64,000 bases of DNA from Gemmatimonadota bacterium (GTDB taxonomy: Bacteria > Latescibacterota > UBA2968 > UBA8231), in NCBI GenBank assembly GCA_038128265.1, contig JAYPJE010000015.1:17255-81254 (forward strand), written 5' to 3'. Position 1 is the stretch's first letter. Every line of letters starts with the position of its first letter. Below, in pieces: positions 10,791-20,159 of the stretch. The notes beneath the pieces were generated by a model. It was not told where the DNA came from, ran no database searches, and saw only the letters and a program-made list of their open reading frames with translations. The translations under genes were made by a program, and so were the position numbers.

Positions 10791-12596
10791 ATGAGCGATG
10801 AATTGCCCGGCGGCGTTCCCGATGGCCGCCATCTGCACAACGGCTGGGAGATTCCCAGCGAGGGCTATTGCGACCAGCCCTACGTCGTAAAGACGGATGA
10901 TGGTGCTTGGCTGTGCATTATGACGACGGGGACGGGCCACGAAGGCGCGTCGGGACAGCACGTCGTATCGACGCGCAGCACCGACTGCGGCCGCACGTGG
11001 TCGCCCCTGGTCGACGTGGAGCCAGCGGACGGCCCAGAGGCATCCTACGCGGTCCTATTAAAGGTTCCTTCGGGACGGGTCTACGCGTTTTACAACCACA
11101 ATACAGACGACGTGCGCCGCGTTAAAGCGGATAATCCGCCCTATGCAGATGGCTATTGCACGCGCGTAGATAGCCTGGGGCATTTTGTATTCAAATACAG
11201 CGATGATCACGGTCTGAGCTGGTCTGCCAAGCGCTACGACGTGCCGGTGCGCGAAATGGAAATCGATCGGCAAAATGCCGACGGTGGCCGCCTGCGCTAT
11301 TTTTGGAACGTCGGCAAGCCGATTATCGCGCACGGTGCGGCATTTGTTTCGCTGCACAAGGTGGGTGGCTTTGGCGACGGGTTTTTTACCAGCAATGAGG
11401 GCGTGCTGCTCCGCAGTGAGGACATATTAGCGGAGACCGATCCAACGAAGATTAGCTGGGAGACGCTGCCCGAGGGCGAGTTCGGTCTGCGTGCTCCCGA
11501 GGGCGGTGGCACCGTGGCCTCAGAGCACAGCTACAGCGTGCTGTCGGACGGCTCATTTTACTGCGTTTATCGCACGATTGACGGTCATCCGGCCTGCACC
11601 TATTCGCGCGATGCAGGCCGAACGTGGTCCAAACCCGCCTACAAGCAATTCGCCGATGGGCGTCCCATGAAGCATCCGCGCGCGGCCAACTTTGCCTGGC
11701 GCTGTGCAAATGGCAAGTATCTCTACTGGTTTCACAACCACGGCGGGCGCTTTATAAGGGAGCACCCACAGCAGCGCTGGAATGCCTACCAGGACCGCAA
11801 TCCAGTATGGCTGTGTGGCGGCATTGAGGTCGAAGGAGCGGAGGGCCATACAATACAGTGGACCCAGCCGGAAATAGCCCTCTACGACGACGACCCCTAT
11901 ATCCGCATGAGCTATCCAGACTTAGTCGAAGAAGGCGGCGAGTACTATGTGACGGAGACGCAGAAAGACGTAGCGCGCGTGCATCGCCTGGACAAGGGAC
12001 TGTTGGAAGGCCTCTGGAGCCAGTTTGAGCGCGCTGAGGTTGAGCGCGATGGGCTGCTATTTGAAATGGGCGCGGCCGGCCCGACGGTGTGCGATATGCC
12101 CGCGCTGCCGCTGCTCAATCGCCGCAGCGCCCACAGTCCCTACGGCACAGAGGATCTGCGCGCCGGGTTTAGCATCGACGCATGGCTCTACCTCGACAGC
12201 TCTGTCGCCGGGCGCGTGCTATTGGATACGCGCCTCGAAAATGGCCAGGGGCTCGTGGTGCAGCACAAGGGCGGTGGCCAGCTAGAAATTGCCGTCGATG
12301 ATGGCCGGACGCGCGCCAGCTGGGATAGCGATCCGCACGTCGTGACCGTTGGCAAGCATCACCACGTTGTTATTGTGCTCGATGGGGGCCCCAAAATCAT
12401 CACGTTTGTCGTCGATGGACACCTGTGCGACGGCGGCGACGTTCGTCAGTTTGGCTGGGGGCGCTTTAGTCCTCACCTGCGCCACGCCAACGGCAGCCCG
12501 CGCCTGTTGGTCGATGGGGCCGTGCAGGCGCTGCGCATTTATGGGCGCGCGCTGCGCACGTCAGAGGCTGTAGCGCACTTTCGTGCAGGATGGTAA
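10791..12596 (+). CDS. Sialidase-like (BNR/Asp-box) protein with C-terminal LamG-like domain
   Basis: Asp boxes STDCGRTWS, SDDHGLSWS, SRDAGRTWS; SYPD; C-terminal HHHVVIVLD...VDG...LRIYGRAL. Confidence 0.8.
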   Translation: MSDELPGGVPDGRHLHNGWEIPSEGYCDQPYVVKTDDGAWLCIMTTGTGHEGASGQHVVSTRSTDCGRTWSPLVDVEPADGPEASYAVLLKVPSGRVYAFYNHNTDDVRRVKADNPPYADGYCTRVDSLGHFVFKYSDDHGLSWSAKRYDVPVREMEIDRQNADGGRLRYFWNVGKPIIAHGAAFVSLHKVGGFGDGFFTSNEGVLLRSEDILAETDPTKISWETLPEGEFGLRAPEGGGTVASEHSYSVLSDGSFYCVYRTIDGHPACTYSRDAGRTWSKPAYKQFADGRPMKHPRAANFAWRCANGKYLYWFHNHGGRFIREHPQQRWNAYQDRNPVWLCGGIEVEGAEGHTIQWTQPEIALYDDDPYIRMSYPDLVEEGGEYYVTETQKDVARVHRLDKGLLEGLWSQFERAEVERDGLLFEMGAAGPTVCDMPALPLLNRRSAHSPYGTEDLRAGFSIDAWLYLDSSVAGRVLLDTRLENGQGLVVQHKGGGQLEIAVDDGRTRASWDSDPHVVTVGKHHHVVIVLDGGPKIITFVVDGHLCDGGDVRQFGWGRFSPHLRHANGSPRLLVDGAVQALRIYGRALRTSEAVAHFRAGW

Positions 12597-12666
12597 GGTA
12601 TCGTCTAGTGTCCTGGTCCTGTTTTCCATCGCATTTCAAACAACCTGTTTTTACGGATGGAATACC

Positions 12667-14382
12667 ATGCGTGCGCTCGTCCTATCGGTCGTTATAGCGA
12701 CGGGGTTAGCGGTGCTGTCCTCGCCCGCGGTGGCAGCCGGTGTCGCGTCCGACTCGACGTATAGCAATATCCTCGCCGCTGACTATGTCGGACCTCAGGC
12801 GTGCGGCGAATGCCACGAAAAAAACTACGACCACTGGCAGCGCCATCCGCACAGCCGCATGAATGCGTTGGCAACGCCGGAGACGGTGCTGGGTGACTTT
12901 TCTGACACGGTGGTAGAATACGACGGCAGGCGCGCGGTGTTCCGGCGCGTGGGCGACGCGTTTTTTGTCGACTATTATCGCGGCACGCAGCGCGAGCGCC
13001 GCTTTCGCATTACGCGGGTCATCGGCTGGCGCTACGAGCAGGACTATGTCGCCGTTCAGGTCGAAGGCCCCGAGCCGCTAGACGATGCGCTATACCGCGA
13101 TGAAATGCGTCTACGCTTTTCATACGACCTGCGCCATCAGCGCTTTTTTCCGCAGAGCTATATGGAGCCGACGGAGTACCAGGGGTCGGAATACTTGGCC
13201 AATGGTCGCCTGCGCTACGATCCCTTTCAGCCGGATCGGCTGCCCTTTAACGAGCGCTGCGCGCGCTGTCACAACACGTATCCCTACGCACTGCGCCTCT
13301 ACCGGATGTTTACGGAAAACGGCATGTTATCGGGCTTTGCGCCCGGTCCGGGAATGGACGAGCGAGTCGTCGAGAATCTGGCTCTGATGGAGGGTGACGG
13401 CGCGTTGATCGGCGTTGAGGAGCTGCCATCCGAGCGCTTTGTCAGCGTGGGTATCAGCTGCGAAAGCTGCCACTTGGGCGGGCGCGAGCACGTCGTGCAG
13501 CAGCGCGCAATGCGCTTTGTTCCGACGCATCCACTCCTAGCCGATTGGACGCCGCCGCACGAGGGGGCACGCAAGCGCCCCGAAGTGGTTAACGCCCTGT
13601 GCCGGCAGTGCCATCACTCAGGGGCCAGCGCGAGCGATAACTGGCCCGATGGGGCGGCTAGCGTCAACTCCATGGAGTCCGTGGAAATGGATCGCGGTGC
13701 CTGTCAGGGCGCGCTGCGCTGCACGCACTGCCACAACCCACACGTTGGCGGTCCGCCGGCCGGGTCGCCCGATCGCCAGGTGCACATCGATGCGTGCACT
13801 GCCTGTCACAAGGACCTACAGGTGGAAGAGGCGCAGGTGGCTCACGCGCGCCACGGCGGGGAGCAGGCTTCCTGTTTAGATTGCCATATGCCGCGCATCG
13901 TCCAGGGCTTTGGTGCCTATAATCGCACCCATCGCATATCCTCGCCGAGCGAACCGGCCATTCTCGCCACGGGTATGCCCAATGCCTGTAACCTCTGCCA
14001 CCTCGACAAATCGCTGGCCTGGACGCGCGATGAGCTGGCCAGGGGGTGGGGAGCGCATGTCGAACTGCCGCCAGCGCTTATGTCGCTGTGGGGGCGAGAT
14101 CTGAACAATGCAGCGGGTCCAGTGTGGCTCGACCACCCTTTTTCCATGGTGCGCACCGTGGCAGCAGGGGCCTACGCGCGCTCGGGGTTGGGCGCCGCGG
14201 CGCTGCCACAGATGCTGCCCCATCTCAACGAGGCCAATGCCTACGTGCGCTTGCGCTTTCAACGGGATATAGAGCAGATTGTTGGACGCGATTTTGCGCG
14301 CGATGAGTTCGACGCCATGGCGGCCCCGTTTATCCGCCATGGGCAGGTCGATCGCCTAATCCAGCGCCTCGCACCGCCGTAG
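12667..14382 (+). CDS. Secreted multiheme (octaheme) c-type cytochrome
   Basis: Signal peptide; eight CxxCH motifs (CGECH, CARCH, CESCH, CRQCH, CTHCH, CTACH, CLDCH, CNLCH). Confidence 0.9.
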   Translation: MRALVLSVVIATGLAVLSSPAVAAGVASDSTYSNILAADYVGPQACGECHEKNYDHWQRHPHSRMNALATPETVLGDFSDTVVEYDGRRAVFRRVGDAFFVDYYRGTQRERRFRITRVIGWRYEQDYVAVQVEGPEPLDDALYRDEMRLRFSYDLRHQRFFPQSYMEPTEYQGSEYLANGRLRYDPFQPDRLPFNERCARCHNTYPYALRLYRMFTENGMLSGFAPGPGMDERVVENLALMEGDGALIGVEELPSERFVSVGISCESCHLGGREHVVQQRAMRFVPTHPLLADWTPPHEGARKRPEVVNALCRQCHHSGASASDNWPDGAASVNSMESVEMDRGACQGALRCTHCHNPHVGGPPAGSPDRQVHIDACTACHKDLQVEEAQVAHARHGGEQASCLDCHMPRIVQGFGAYNRTHRISSPSEPAILATGMPNACNLCHLDKSLAWTRDELARGWGAHVELPPALMSLWGRDLNNAAGPVWLDHPFSMVRTVAAGAYARSGLGAAALPQMLPHLNEANAYVRLRFQRDIEQIVGRDFARDEFDAMAAPFIRHGQVDRLIQRLAPP

Positions 14383-14478
14383 GGGCGGTTGCGGTTTATC
14401 CTTGTCGCAGGGTCTAAAAAGTTCTAAGCATATACTGCGATAGAATTGGTAGGCGATTTTTACAAGGAGCGATACAAT

Positions 14479-15426
14479 ATGGTGGATCGTCAGATTAAAG
14501 GAGACATAGCTAATCCGTTCTCCCTTTCGGATGCGGATGGCTACGCTTGGCTCAAAGGCAATTTGCACTCGCATACGACAAACTCGGACGGCAAGCCCTC
14601 GCCGCAGGCGCGCTTGGACGGCTATGTAAATCAGGGTTATGACTTCCTGTGCATTTCTGACCACCACAAAATTACCCGCGTAGACAGCGTGCGCGTGCCC
14701 GATGGCTTCATCGCCGTGCAGGGGGCTGAACTGCATCCGGACAATCCTTTTGGTGGACAGAAGCACCACTTTGTCTGTTTGAATATCCACGAAGATATCG
14801 ATGCGCAGAACATGCCGCCGCAGCACGTGATCGATGCGGTAAACGGTCAGGGGGGCAGCGTTTGGCTGGCGCATCCCCACTGGAGCTCGGTCAATATTCG
14901 GCGCGATACGGCACCGCTGAATGGTTTTGCCGGCATCGAAGTATTCAATACGACGTGCCGCTGTGCCGGGCGCGGTGAGTCGTCGGTGCATTGGGATGAC
15001 TGGATGGAGTTGGAGGGACGCATCTATCCGGCGCTGGCCAACGACGATGCACACGCTCTGGAAGAGACGCGGCGCGATACCTATGGCGGCTGGACCTGGG
15101 TGCGGGTTCGCGAGCGCACGGCCGAAGCGGTGTGCGCCGCGCTGGCAGAGGGCGCGTCCTATTCCAGCACGGGACCGCTGATCCGCGATATCCAATTAAA
15201 ACGAACGGAAGGCGGAGCGGTGGAGGCCACGGTGGTCTGCTCGCCGGCGCAGCGCATTGCAGCCGTGCACGACGCCTATGGCACCGAGTATCACGAGCAC
15301 GGAGCGGAGTTTGAGTCGGCTACCTTTTTACTGCGTCCCACGGCGCGCTGGGTGCGCTTTGAAATCGTTGGACCCAAGGGCGATAAGGCGTGGTCGAATC
15401 CATTTGATCTCACGCGCATCGCCTAA
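14479..15426 (+). CDS. PHP-domain metallohydrolase (CehA/McbA-like)
   Basis: KGNLHSHTTNSDG, ISDHH, AHPHWS, ANDDAH, AWSNP; AAGGAG RBS before ATG 14479. Confidence 0.85.
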   Translation: MVDRQIKGDIANPFSLSDADGYAWLKGNLHSHTTNSDGKPSPQARLDGYVNQGYDFLCISDHHKITRVDSVRVPDGFIAVQGAELHPDNPFGGQKHHFVCLNIHEDIDAQNMPPQHVIDAVNGQGGSVWLAHPHWSSVNIRRDTAPLNGFAGIEVFNTTCRCAGRGESSVHWDDWMELEGRIYPALANDDAHALEETRRDTYGGWTWVRVRERTAEAVCAALAEGASYSSTGPLIRDIQLKRTEGGAVEATVVCSPAQRIAAVHDAYGTEYHEHGAEFESATFLLRPTARWVRFEIVGPKGDKAWSNPFDLTRIA

Positions 15427-15466
15427 TATAGATCGCCGGGCGAATGTGTCTTTACGGGAAGAGAAA

Positions 15467-16336
15467 ATGAGTAAGAGCGTTTTAGTAATCGGCGCGGCTG
15501 GAAAAATTGCCGGCCAGGTGCTGCCCGCCCTGCGCGCGCGCTATGCGCTGACGCTGCTCGACGTGCGCACAGAGGATCGCAGCGGTCGGCCGCTGGAGGG
15601 CGTGCAGGTCGCCGACCTCACGGATAAAGACCGCGATGCCTATCGGGCGCATTTTGCCGGTGTCGATGCAGTGGTCCATTTCGGTTTTGTTCGTCCGGAC
15701 GGCGAGGGGGCCGAAGCGCGTTTTCGCGCCGAGATGCGCAACGTCGAAATGGCCTATAACGTCTATATGACGGCGCTTGAAGAAGGCGTCGGGCGCGTGA
15801 TCGTGGCCAGTTCTAACCACGCGGCCGACTATTACGAAGATCCCATTCTCGACGGCGCGATGGATTTTGTGCATCCAGACGGGCGCGCCCTGTCAGACAA
15901 CTACTACGGCTGGGCCAAGGAGGTCTACGAGCACTTGGGCTTTCTCTTTGCCGTCGGCAAGCAAAACGGGCGTGCGCTACCCAACGTGCAGATTCGCATT
16001 GGCGGACCGCGCGAGACGGATATCGAGCGCTGTGAGCTGGGCGATTTGCGCTGCATGCGGCGCGCACTCGGCGCCTACCTCAGCGAACGCGATATGCAGC
16101 AGCTCTTCGTAAAGAGCATTGAAACAGAAGACATCGCCGACGAACGCGGTGTGCCGTTTCAAATCTTTTACGGAATCAGCGGCAATTCGCACGCCTTCTG
16201 GAGCATTGCCAACGCGCGCAAGGTTATTGGCTATGCGCCCGAGGACAACAGCGAACGCCGCTTTGCCGCCGCCATTGCTCAGCACCTGCGCGCCGCCCAA
16301 CAGCGCGATGGCTATCCCGGAGAGCACAATGGCTGA
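15467..16336 (+). CDS. NAD-dependent epimerase/dehydrogenase (uronate dehydrogenase-like SDR)
   Basis: [21 protein letters not shown] (YxxxK), YGISGN, IGYAPED. Confidence 0.8.
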   Translation: MSKSVLVIGAAGKIAGQVLPALRARYALTLLDVRTEDRSGRPLEGVQVADLTDKDRDAYRAHFAGVDAVVHFGFVRPDGEGAEARFRAEMRNVEMAYNVYMTALEEGVGRVIVASSNHAADYYEDPILDGAMDFVHPDGRALSDNYYGWAKEVYEHLGFLFAVGKQNGRALPNVQIRIGGPRETDIERCELGDLRCMRRALGAYLSERDMQQLFVKSIETEDIADERGVPFQIFYGISGNSHAFWSIANARKVIGYAPEDNSERRFAAAIAQHLRAAQQRDGYPGEHNG

Positions 16337-17366
16337 GGCCATACCCTTTTCCATTCTCGACTTGGCGCCGATACGCCAGGGAGAGCGGGCTGAACAGGCG
16401 TTTGAACAGCTGCGCCAGCGGGCGGTTTGGGCCGAGGAATGCGGCTTTAATCGCTACTGGCTGGCCGAACACCACAATATGAGCGGCGTCGGCAGCGCCG
16501 CCACCAGCGTGCTGATCGGTCATATTGCCGGTGCCACGCAGCGCATGCGAGTGGGGGCGGGAGGCATTATGCTGCCCAACCATGCACCGCTGGTCATTGC
16601 CGAGCAGTTTGGCACGCTAGAATCGCTCTATCCGGGACGTATCGATTTGGGGCTGGGTCGCGCGCCGGGTTCTGATTTGATGACGGCGCGCGCGCTGCGC
16701 CGGGATCGCCTGGGCAGCGACGGCGATTTTCCGCGCGATGTCGTCGAACTGCAGTCGTACTTTCGCGGCGGACAGCAGCACCGCGTCCGCGCCGTGCCGG
16801 GCGAGGGGTTGGACGTGCCGATTTGGCTATTGGGCTCGAGCCTGTTTAGCGCACAGTTGGCCGGGTTGCTGGGGTTGCCCTACGCCTTTGCCTCGCACTT
16901 TGCCCCCGACTCTCTGATGGATGCGCTGGCCCTATATCGCAGCGAGTTCAAGCCCTCGGAGGTGCTCGAGCAGCCCTATGCCATGGTCGGTACCAGCGTG
17001 GTCGCAGCGGATACGCGAGAAGAGGCGCAACGACTCTTTACTTCACAGCAGGTGCAGTCGGTTCAGATGCTGCGCGGTGAACGCGAAAAGATGGGCCCCC
17101 CCGTAGACGATATCGAGGCCTATTGGGTGCCGCCGGAAAGGGAAGCCGTCGAGCACAAGCTGCGCTATGCCTTTGTCGGCACGGCCGATTCACTGGCGGT
17201 TGATTTGGAGCATTTTATCGAAGCGACGCAGGCCGATGAGTTGATCGCCACCGTGCGCATATATGATCAGCGTGCCTGTCTGCGCTCGATGGAGATGCTA
17301 GCCCAGGTGCGTCAGCGCTTGGCGCTGGAATCTCAGGGCGCTAGTGCCTTAAGCGCGCCCGGTTAG
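16329..17366 (+). CDS. Luciferase-like (LLM class) flavin-dependent oxidoreductase
   Basis: [45 protein letters not shown]. Confidence 0.93.
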   Translation: MAEAIPFSILDLAPIRQGERAEQAFEQLRQRAVWAEECGFNRYWLAEHHNMSGVGSAATSVLIGHIAGATQRMRVGAGGIMLPNHAPLVIAEQFGTLESLYPGRIDLGLGRAPGSDLMTARALRRDRLGSDGDFPRDVVELQSYFRGGQQHRVRAVPGEGLDVPIWLLGSSLFSAQLAGLLGLPYAFASHFAPDSLMDALALYRSEFKPSEVLEQPYAMVGTSVVAADTREEAQRLFTSQQVQSVQMLRGEREKMGPPVDDIEAYWVPPEREAVEHKLRYAFVGTADSLAVDLEHFIEATQADELIATVRIYDQRACLRSMEMLAQVRQRLALESQGASALSAPG

Positions 17367-18346
17367 ACGAATTCGGCTTCGTTCCAGGCATCGCCCCACT
17401 GCGCCTTGCGCGCGATCTTCCAAGCCGGTCCGCTGCGGCGCGAAACCACCGCATCGCGCAGGCCACCTCCTTCGCATAGCTGCAGGTGGACGTGCCCGCT
17501 GCGGCGCTGGGGATGGCGCAGAATGCGCGCTGGCGCGCGCGCTTCGGACGTGCGCGTGAAAATCAGATAGGAAAACTTCTCGTCTTCATAGCCTAAGTCG
17601 CCGCGTTTGAACAGGCGGTGCTGTGCCGTGCGGGTCACCCGCTGGGAGAAGTGGCACCAGTCGCCCGCAGGCAGGGGACAGCGCTGGGCGTGTGGGCATG
17701 GGGCGAGTAGATGAGCGCCCTCTTCGATGAGCATAGTGCGCAGCGCGTCCATGCGCTCAAAACAGGCCGTCGTCCCCGGTTCGACAAGCACTAGCGCCTG
17801 GCGCGCTGCGTTCCACATCGCGTGCACGGCGTCGGCCCATTCTTCATGTCCGAGTTCGTTCAAGACATAGCTGGCGATCACCAGGTCGGCGCCGGGCAGG
17901 GCAGTCTGGGTTAGGCTTGCCGCCTGCCAGGTGGCAAGGGACATCGGGGAGCAGCCGGCGGAGGCGGCCAGGCGTTCACCGAGCGCGATCAGGTGGGGGT
18001 CGCGTTCGACGAGGGTGATCGAGTGCAGCGAGGGAAAGAGTGCACAGGCGGCCCAACTAGCGCTTCCAGAACCGGCACCGAGGTCTAGCAGCGTGCGCGG
18101 CGCTGCCGAAGGCCACAGCTGCCGTAGATGGCCTAACGCGGCGGAGTTGGCCGCATAGGTCGCAGGCAGCCGCGTTAGGGCGTAGGCCAGTCGCTCGGTC
18201 TGACCGGTCAAAAATGCCGATCCGGCCGCGCGGTCAGACCGACGATACTGCAGAGAGATGCGTTCGGCCGCCGCCGCCAGTTCAGCGTGGCTTGCATCGG
18301 CGACCGCCTTCTCAATGGCGTGCTGAAGAGCGTCGGGTAGTTGCAT
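17363..18346 (-). CDS. Rsm22/METTL17-like SAM-dependent methyltransferase-fold protein
   Basis: [60 protein letters not shown]; start placed at 18346 (the ORF extension crosses the glnII terminator). Confidence 0.85.
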   Translation of the reverse strand: MQLPDALQHAIEKAVADASHAELAAAAERISLQYRRSDRAAGSAFLTGQTERLAYALTRLPATYAANSAALGHLRQLWPSAAPRTLLDLGAGSGSASWAACALFPSLHSITLVERDPHLIALGERLAASAGCSPMSLATWQAASLTQTALPGADLVIASYVLNELGHEEWADAVHAMWNAARQALVLVEPGTTACFERMDALRTMLIEEGAHLLAPCPHAQRCPLPAGDWCHFSQRVTRTAQHRLFKRGDLGYEDEKFSYLIFTRTSEARAPARILRHPQRRSGHVHLQLCEGGGLRDAVVSRRSGPAWKIARKAQWGDAWNEAEFV

Positions 18347-18355
18347 GAGAATGCA

Positions 18356-18399
18356 CAAAAGGCATGGCGCCGTCCCTATGGGAGACGCCATGCCTTTTG
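18356..18399. terminator. Intrinsic terminator hairpin downstream of glnII
   Basis: AAAAGGCATGGCG...CGCCATGCCTTTT inverted repeat flanked by A/T tracts. Confidence 0.8.
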
Positions 18400-18422
18400 A
18401 TGGAAAAAACCGTGCGCTGAGA

Positions 18423-19475
18423 CTAGCGCTTGCGGCTGGTGCGCTTCTTGGCTGCCGTGCCGCGCAGCGCTTTCTTGGTGGTCTTAATGATGACCGCTGC
18501 GACCTTGTAAGGATCCGCATTGGAGGCGGGGCGGCGGTCTTCGAGACGCCCTTTCCAGCCTTTCTCAATCGTGCCGATCGGTATGCGAATGGACGCGCCG
18601 CGGTCCGACGCACCGTAGCTAAACTTGTCGATGGACTGCGTCTCGTGCAGGCCGGTCAGGCGCTGGTCGTTGTCAGCGCCGTACACGGCTATGTGCTCGG
18701 GAATATGCTTGCCGAACTCTTCGCAGATTGTCACGAAGGTTTTCTTGTTGCCGGCGCTACGCATGGCGCCGTTGGAGAAGTTGGCGTGCATGCCCGAGCC
18801 GTTCCAGTCGCCTTTGACCGGTTTGGGATGCCAGTTAATGACGACGCCGTATTTCTCAGCCGTGCGCTCGAGCAGATAGCGGCCCAGCCAGATCTGGTCG
18901 CCAGCCGAACAGGCGCCCTTGGCAAAAATTTGGAATTCCCACTGGCCCATCATCACCTCGGCGTTAATACCTTCGACATTCAGACCCGCCTCTAAGCACA
19001 TGTGCAGGTGTTCGTCGACCAGGTCGCGGCCGAAGGTATTTTGCGAACCAACGGAGGTATAGTAGGGGCCCTGGGGACGCGGATAGCCGCCCTTGGGAAA
19101 ACCGAGGGGCAGGTTTGTTTCGGGATCCCACAGCGTGTACTCCTGCTCGAAGCCAAACCAGAAGTCGTCGTCGTCGTCGTTGATTGTTGCGCGACCATTG
19201 CTTTCATGCGGACTGCCGTTGGCGTTCATCACTTCCGTCATAATCAGCCAGCCGTTGCCGCCAAAGCGGTCGGGGTCGGGGTATGCCGCGACGGGTTTGA
19301 GCACGCAGTCTGACGAATCGCCCGTTGCCTGCTCTGTAGAAGAACCGTCAAACGACCACACGGGCGCATCTGCGACATCGCCTGAGAAATCATCAACAAT
19401 AAGGGTTTTGCTGCGCAGGCTCTGCGTGGGATGGTACCCATCGAGCCAGATATACTCCAACTTGCACTTAGCCAT
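18423..19475 (-). CDS. glnII: Glutamine synthetase type II
   Basis: LEYIWLDG, LRSKT, WSFDGSST, GINAEVMMGQWEFQ, GDWNGSGMHANFS, RLTGLHET, RGASIRIP, LEDRRPASNADPY; 350 aa; GGAGAGG RBS. Confidence 0.95.
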   Translation of the reverse strand: MAKCKLEYIWLDGYHPTQSLRSKTLIVDDFSGDVADAPVWSFDGSSTEQATGDSSDCVLKPVAAYPDPDRFGGNGWLIMTEVMNANGSPHESNGRATINDDDDDFWFGFEQEYTLWDPETNLPLGFPKGGYPRPQGPYYTSVGSQNTFGRDLVDEHLHMCLEAGLNVEGINAEVMMGQWEFQIFAKGACSAGDQIWLGRYLLERTAEKYGVVINWHPKPVKGDWNGSGMHANFSNGAMRSAGNKKTFVTICEEFGKHIPEHIAVYGADNDQRLTGLHETQSIDKFSYGASDRGASIRIPIGTIEKGWKGRLEDRRPASNADPYKVAAVIIKTTKKALRGTAAKKRTSRKR

Positions 19476-19629
19476 CGTGTAAACCTCTCCTATCGGGGTT
19501 TTAGGTGAAAGAGATTGGCTGATCGAGCAGTAAGCGGGGCCTATCGACTGACAAGTGCCGCCGCTTGGCCATCTGCCTGCTCGTTATGCTCTCCTCGAGC
19601 TGCTGTTTCAATGATACCTGGTGACTTTT

Positions 19630-19645
19630 AGCAATTCGCGTTCCA
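19630..19645 (-). promoter_or_regulatory. Sigma-54 (-24/-12) promoter for glnII
   Basis: Minus strand reads TGGAACGCGAATTGCT (GG-N10-GC, near consensus TGGCACG-N4-TTGC), about 155 nt upstream of the GS start. Confidence 0.75.
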
Positions 19646-19779
19646 TAAAAAAGTGGAACTGCGCTGGGTGTGCAATGGTTGCTTCCCTTTTTCTATAAAT
19701 AGCTGAAAAAAATGATGTTATGTGAATGTTGAATACCTAAGTGGCTCATTTATACAGCGTTCAAAAGAGATTATATAGA

Positions 19780-19944
19780 ACAATTTTGTTGCTTTTTAAA
19801 TATGCGAGACACATAACATACGAATATTAGTTTGAGGATACAAAAAAATATGTTGGGTATGGAACGGATGGTGCGCGAGATGGCAGGTATTACGGCTATC
19901 AGGGTGAACATTAGAGGGTTAAAATGTGACAATTTTGTTGCTTT
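19780..19944. repeat. 16-bp direct repeat ACAATTTTGTTGCTTT (19780-19795 and 19929-19944)
   Basis: Two identical copies 149 bp apart in the AT-rich intergenic region. Confidence 0.8.
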
Positions 19945-19954
19945 ATTCAAAAAA

Positions 19955-19970
19955 GCCACATTAATGTGGC
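19955..19970. promoter_or_regulatory. Perfect 16-bp palindrome GCCACATTAATGTGGC (candidate operator)
   Basis: Exact inverted repeat seen directly; function is inferred. Confidence 0.5.
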
Positions 19971-20057
19971 AAGCGAAGTGCTCGTAGGGTGGGTATGCAA
20001 TCGGCATGCGAAGTGGGTGCGGGTGAAGTGCGCGCGTTTCAGATTGCGGTCTTTGCG

Positions 20058-20086
20058 TTGACGCTCCCTTAGCTCTGTTGTAGATT
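20058..20086 (+). promoter_or_regulatory. Sigma-70-type promoter for the 20160-25054 gene run
   Basis: TTGACG-17 nt-TAGATT. Confidence 0.55.
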
Positions 20087-20159
20087 TGTCCGCGTTTTTG
20101 CGCAAGAGAGCAGATCGGATCGTATTCAGGTGAAGGGGCTTTTCTCAATCCATTCGGCG

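Noticed and set aside
19660..19674. TGCGC-N5-GTGCA as an NtrC site
   Set aside because: Spacing is 2 nt shorter than TGCAC-N7-GTGCA and it sits too close to the -24 element.
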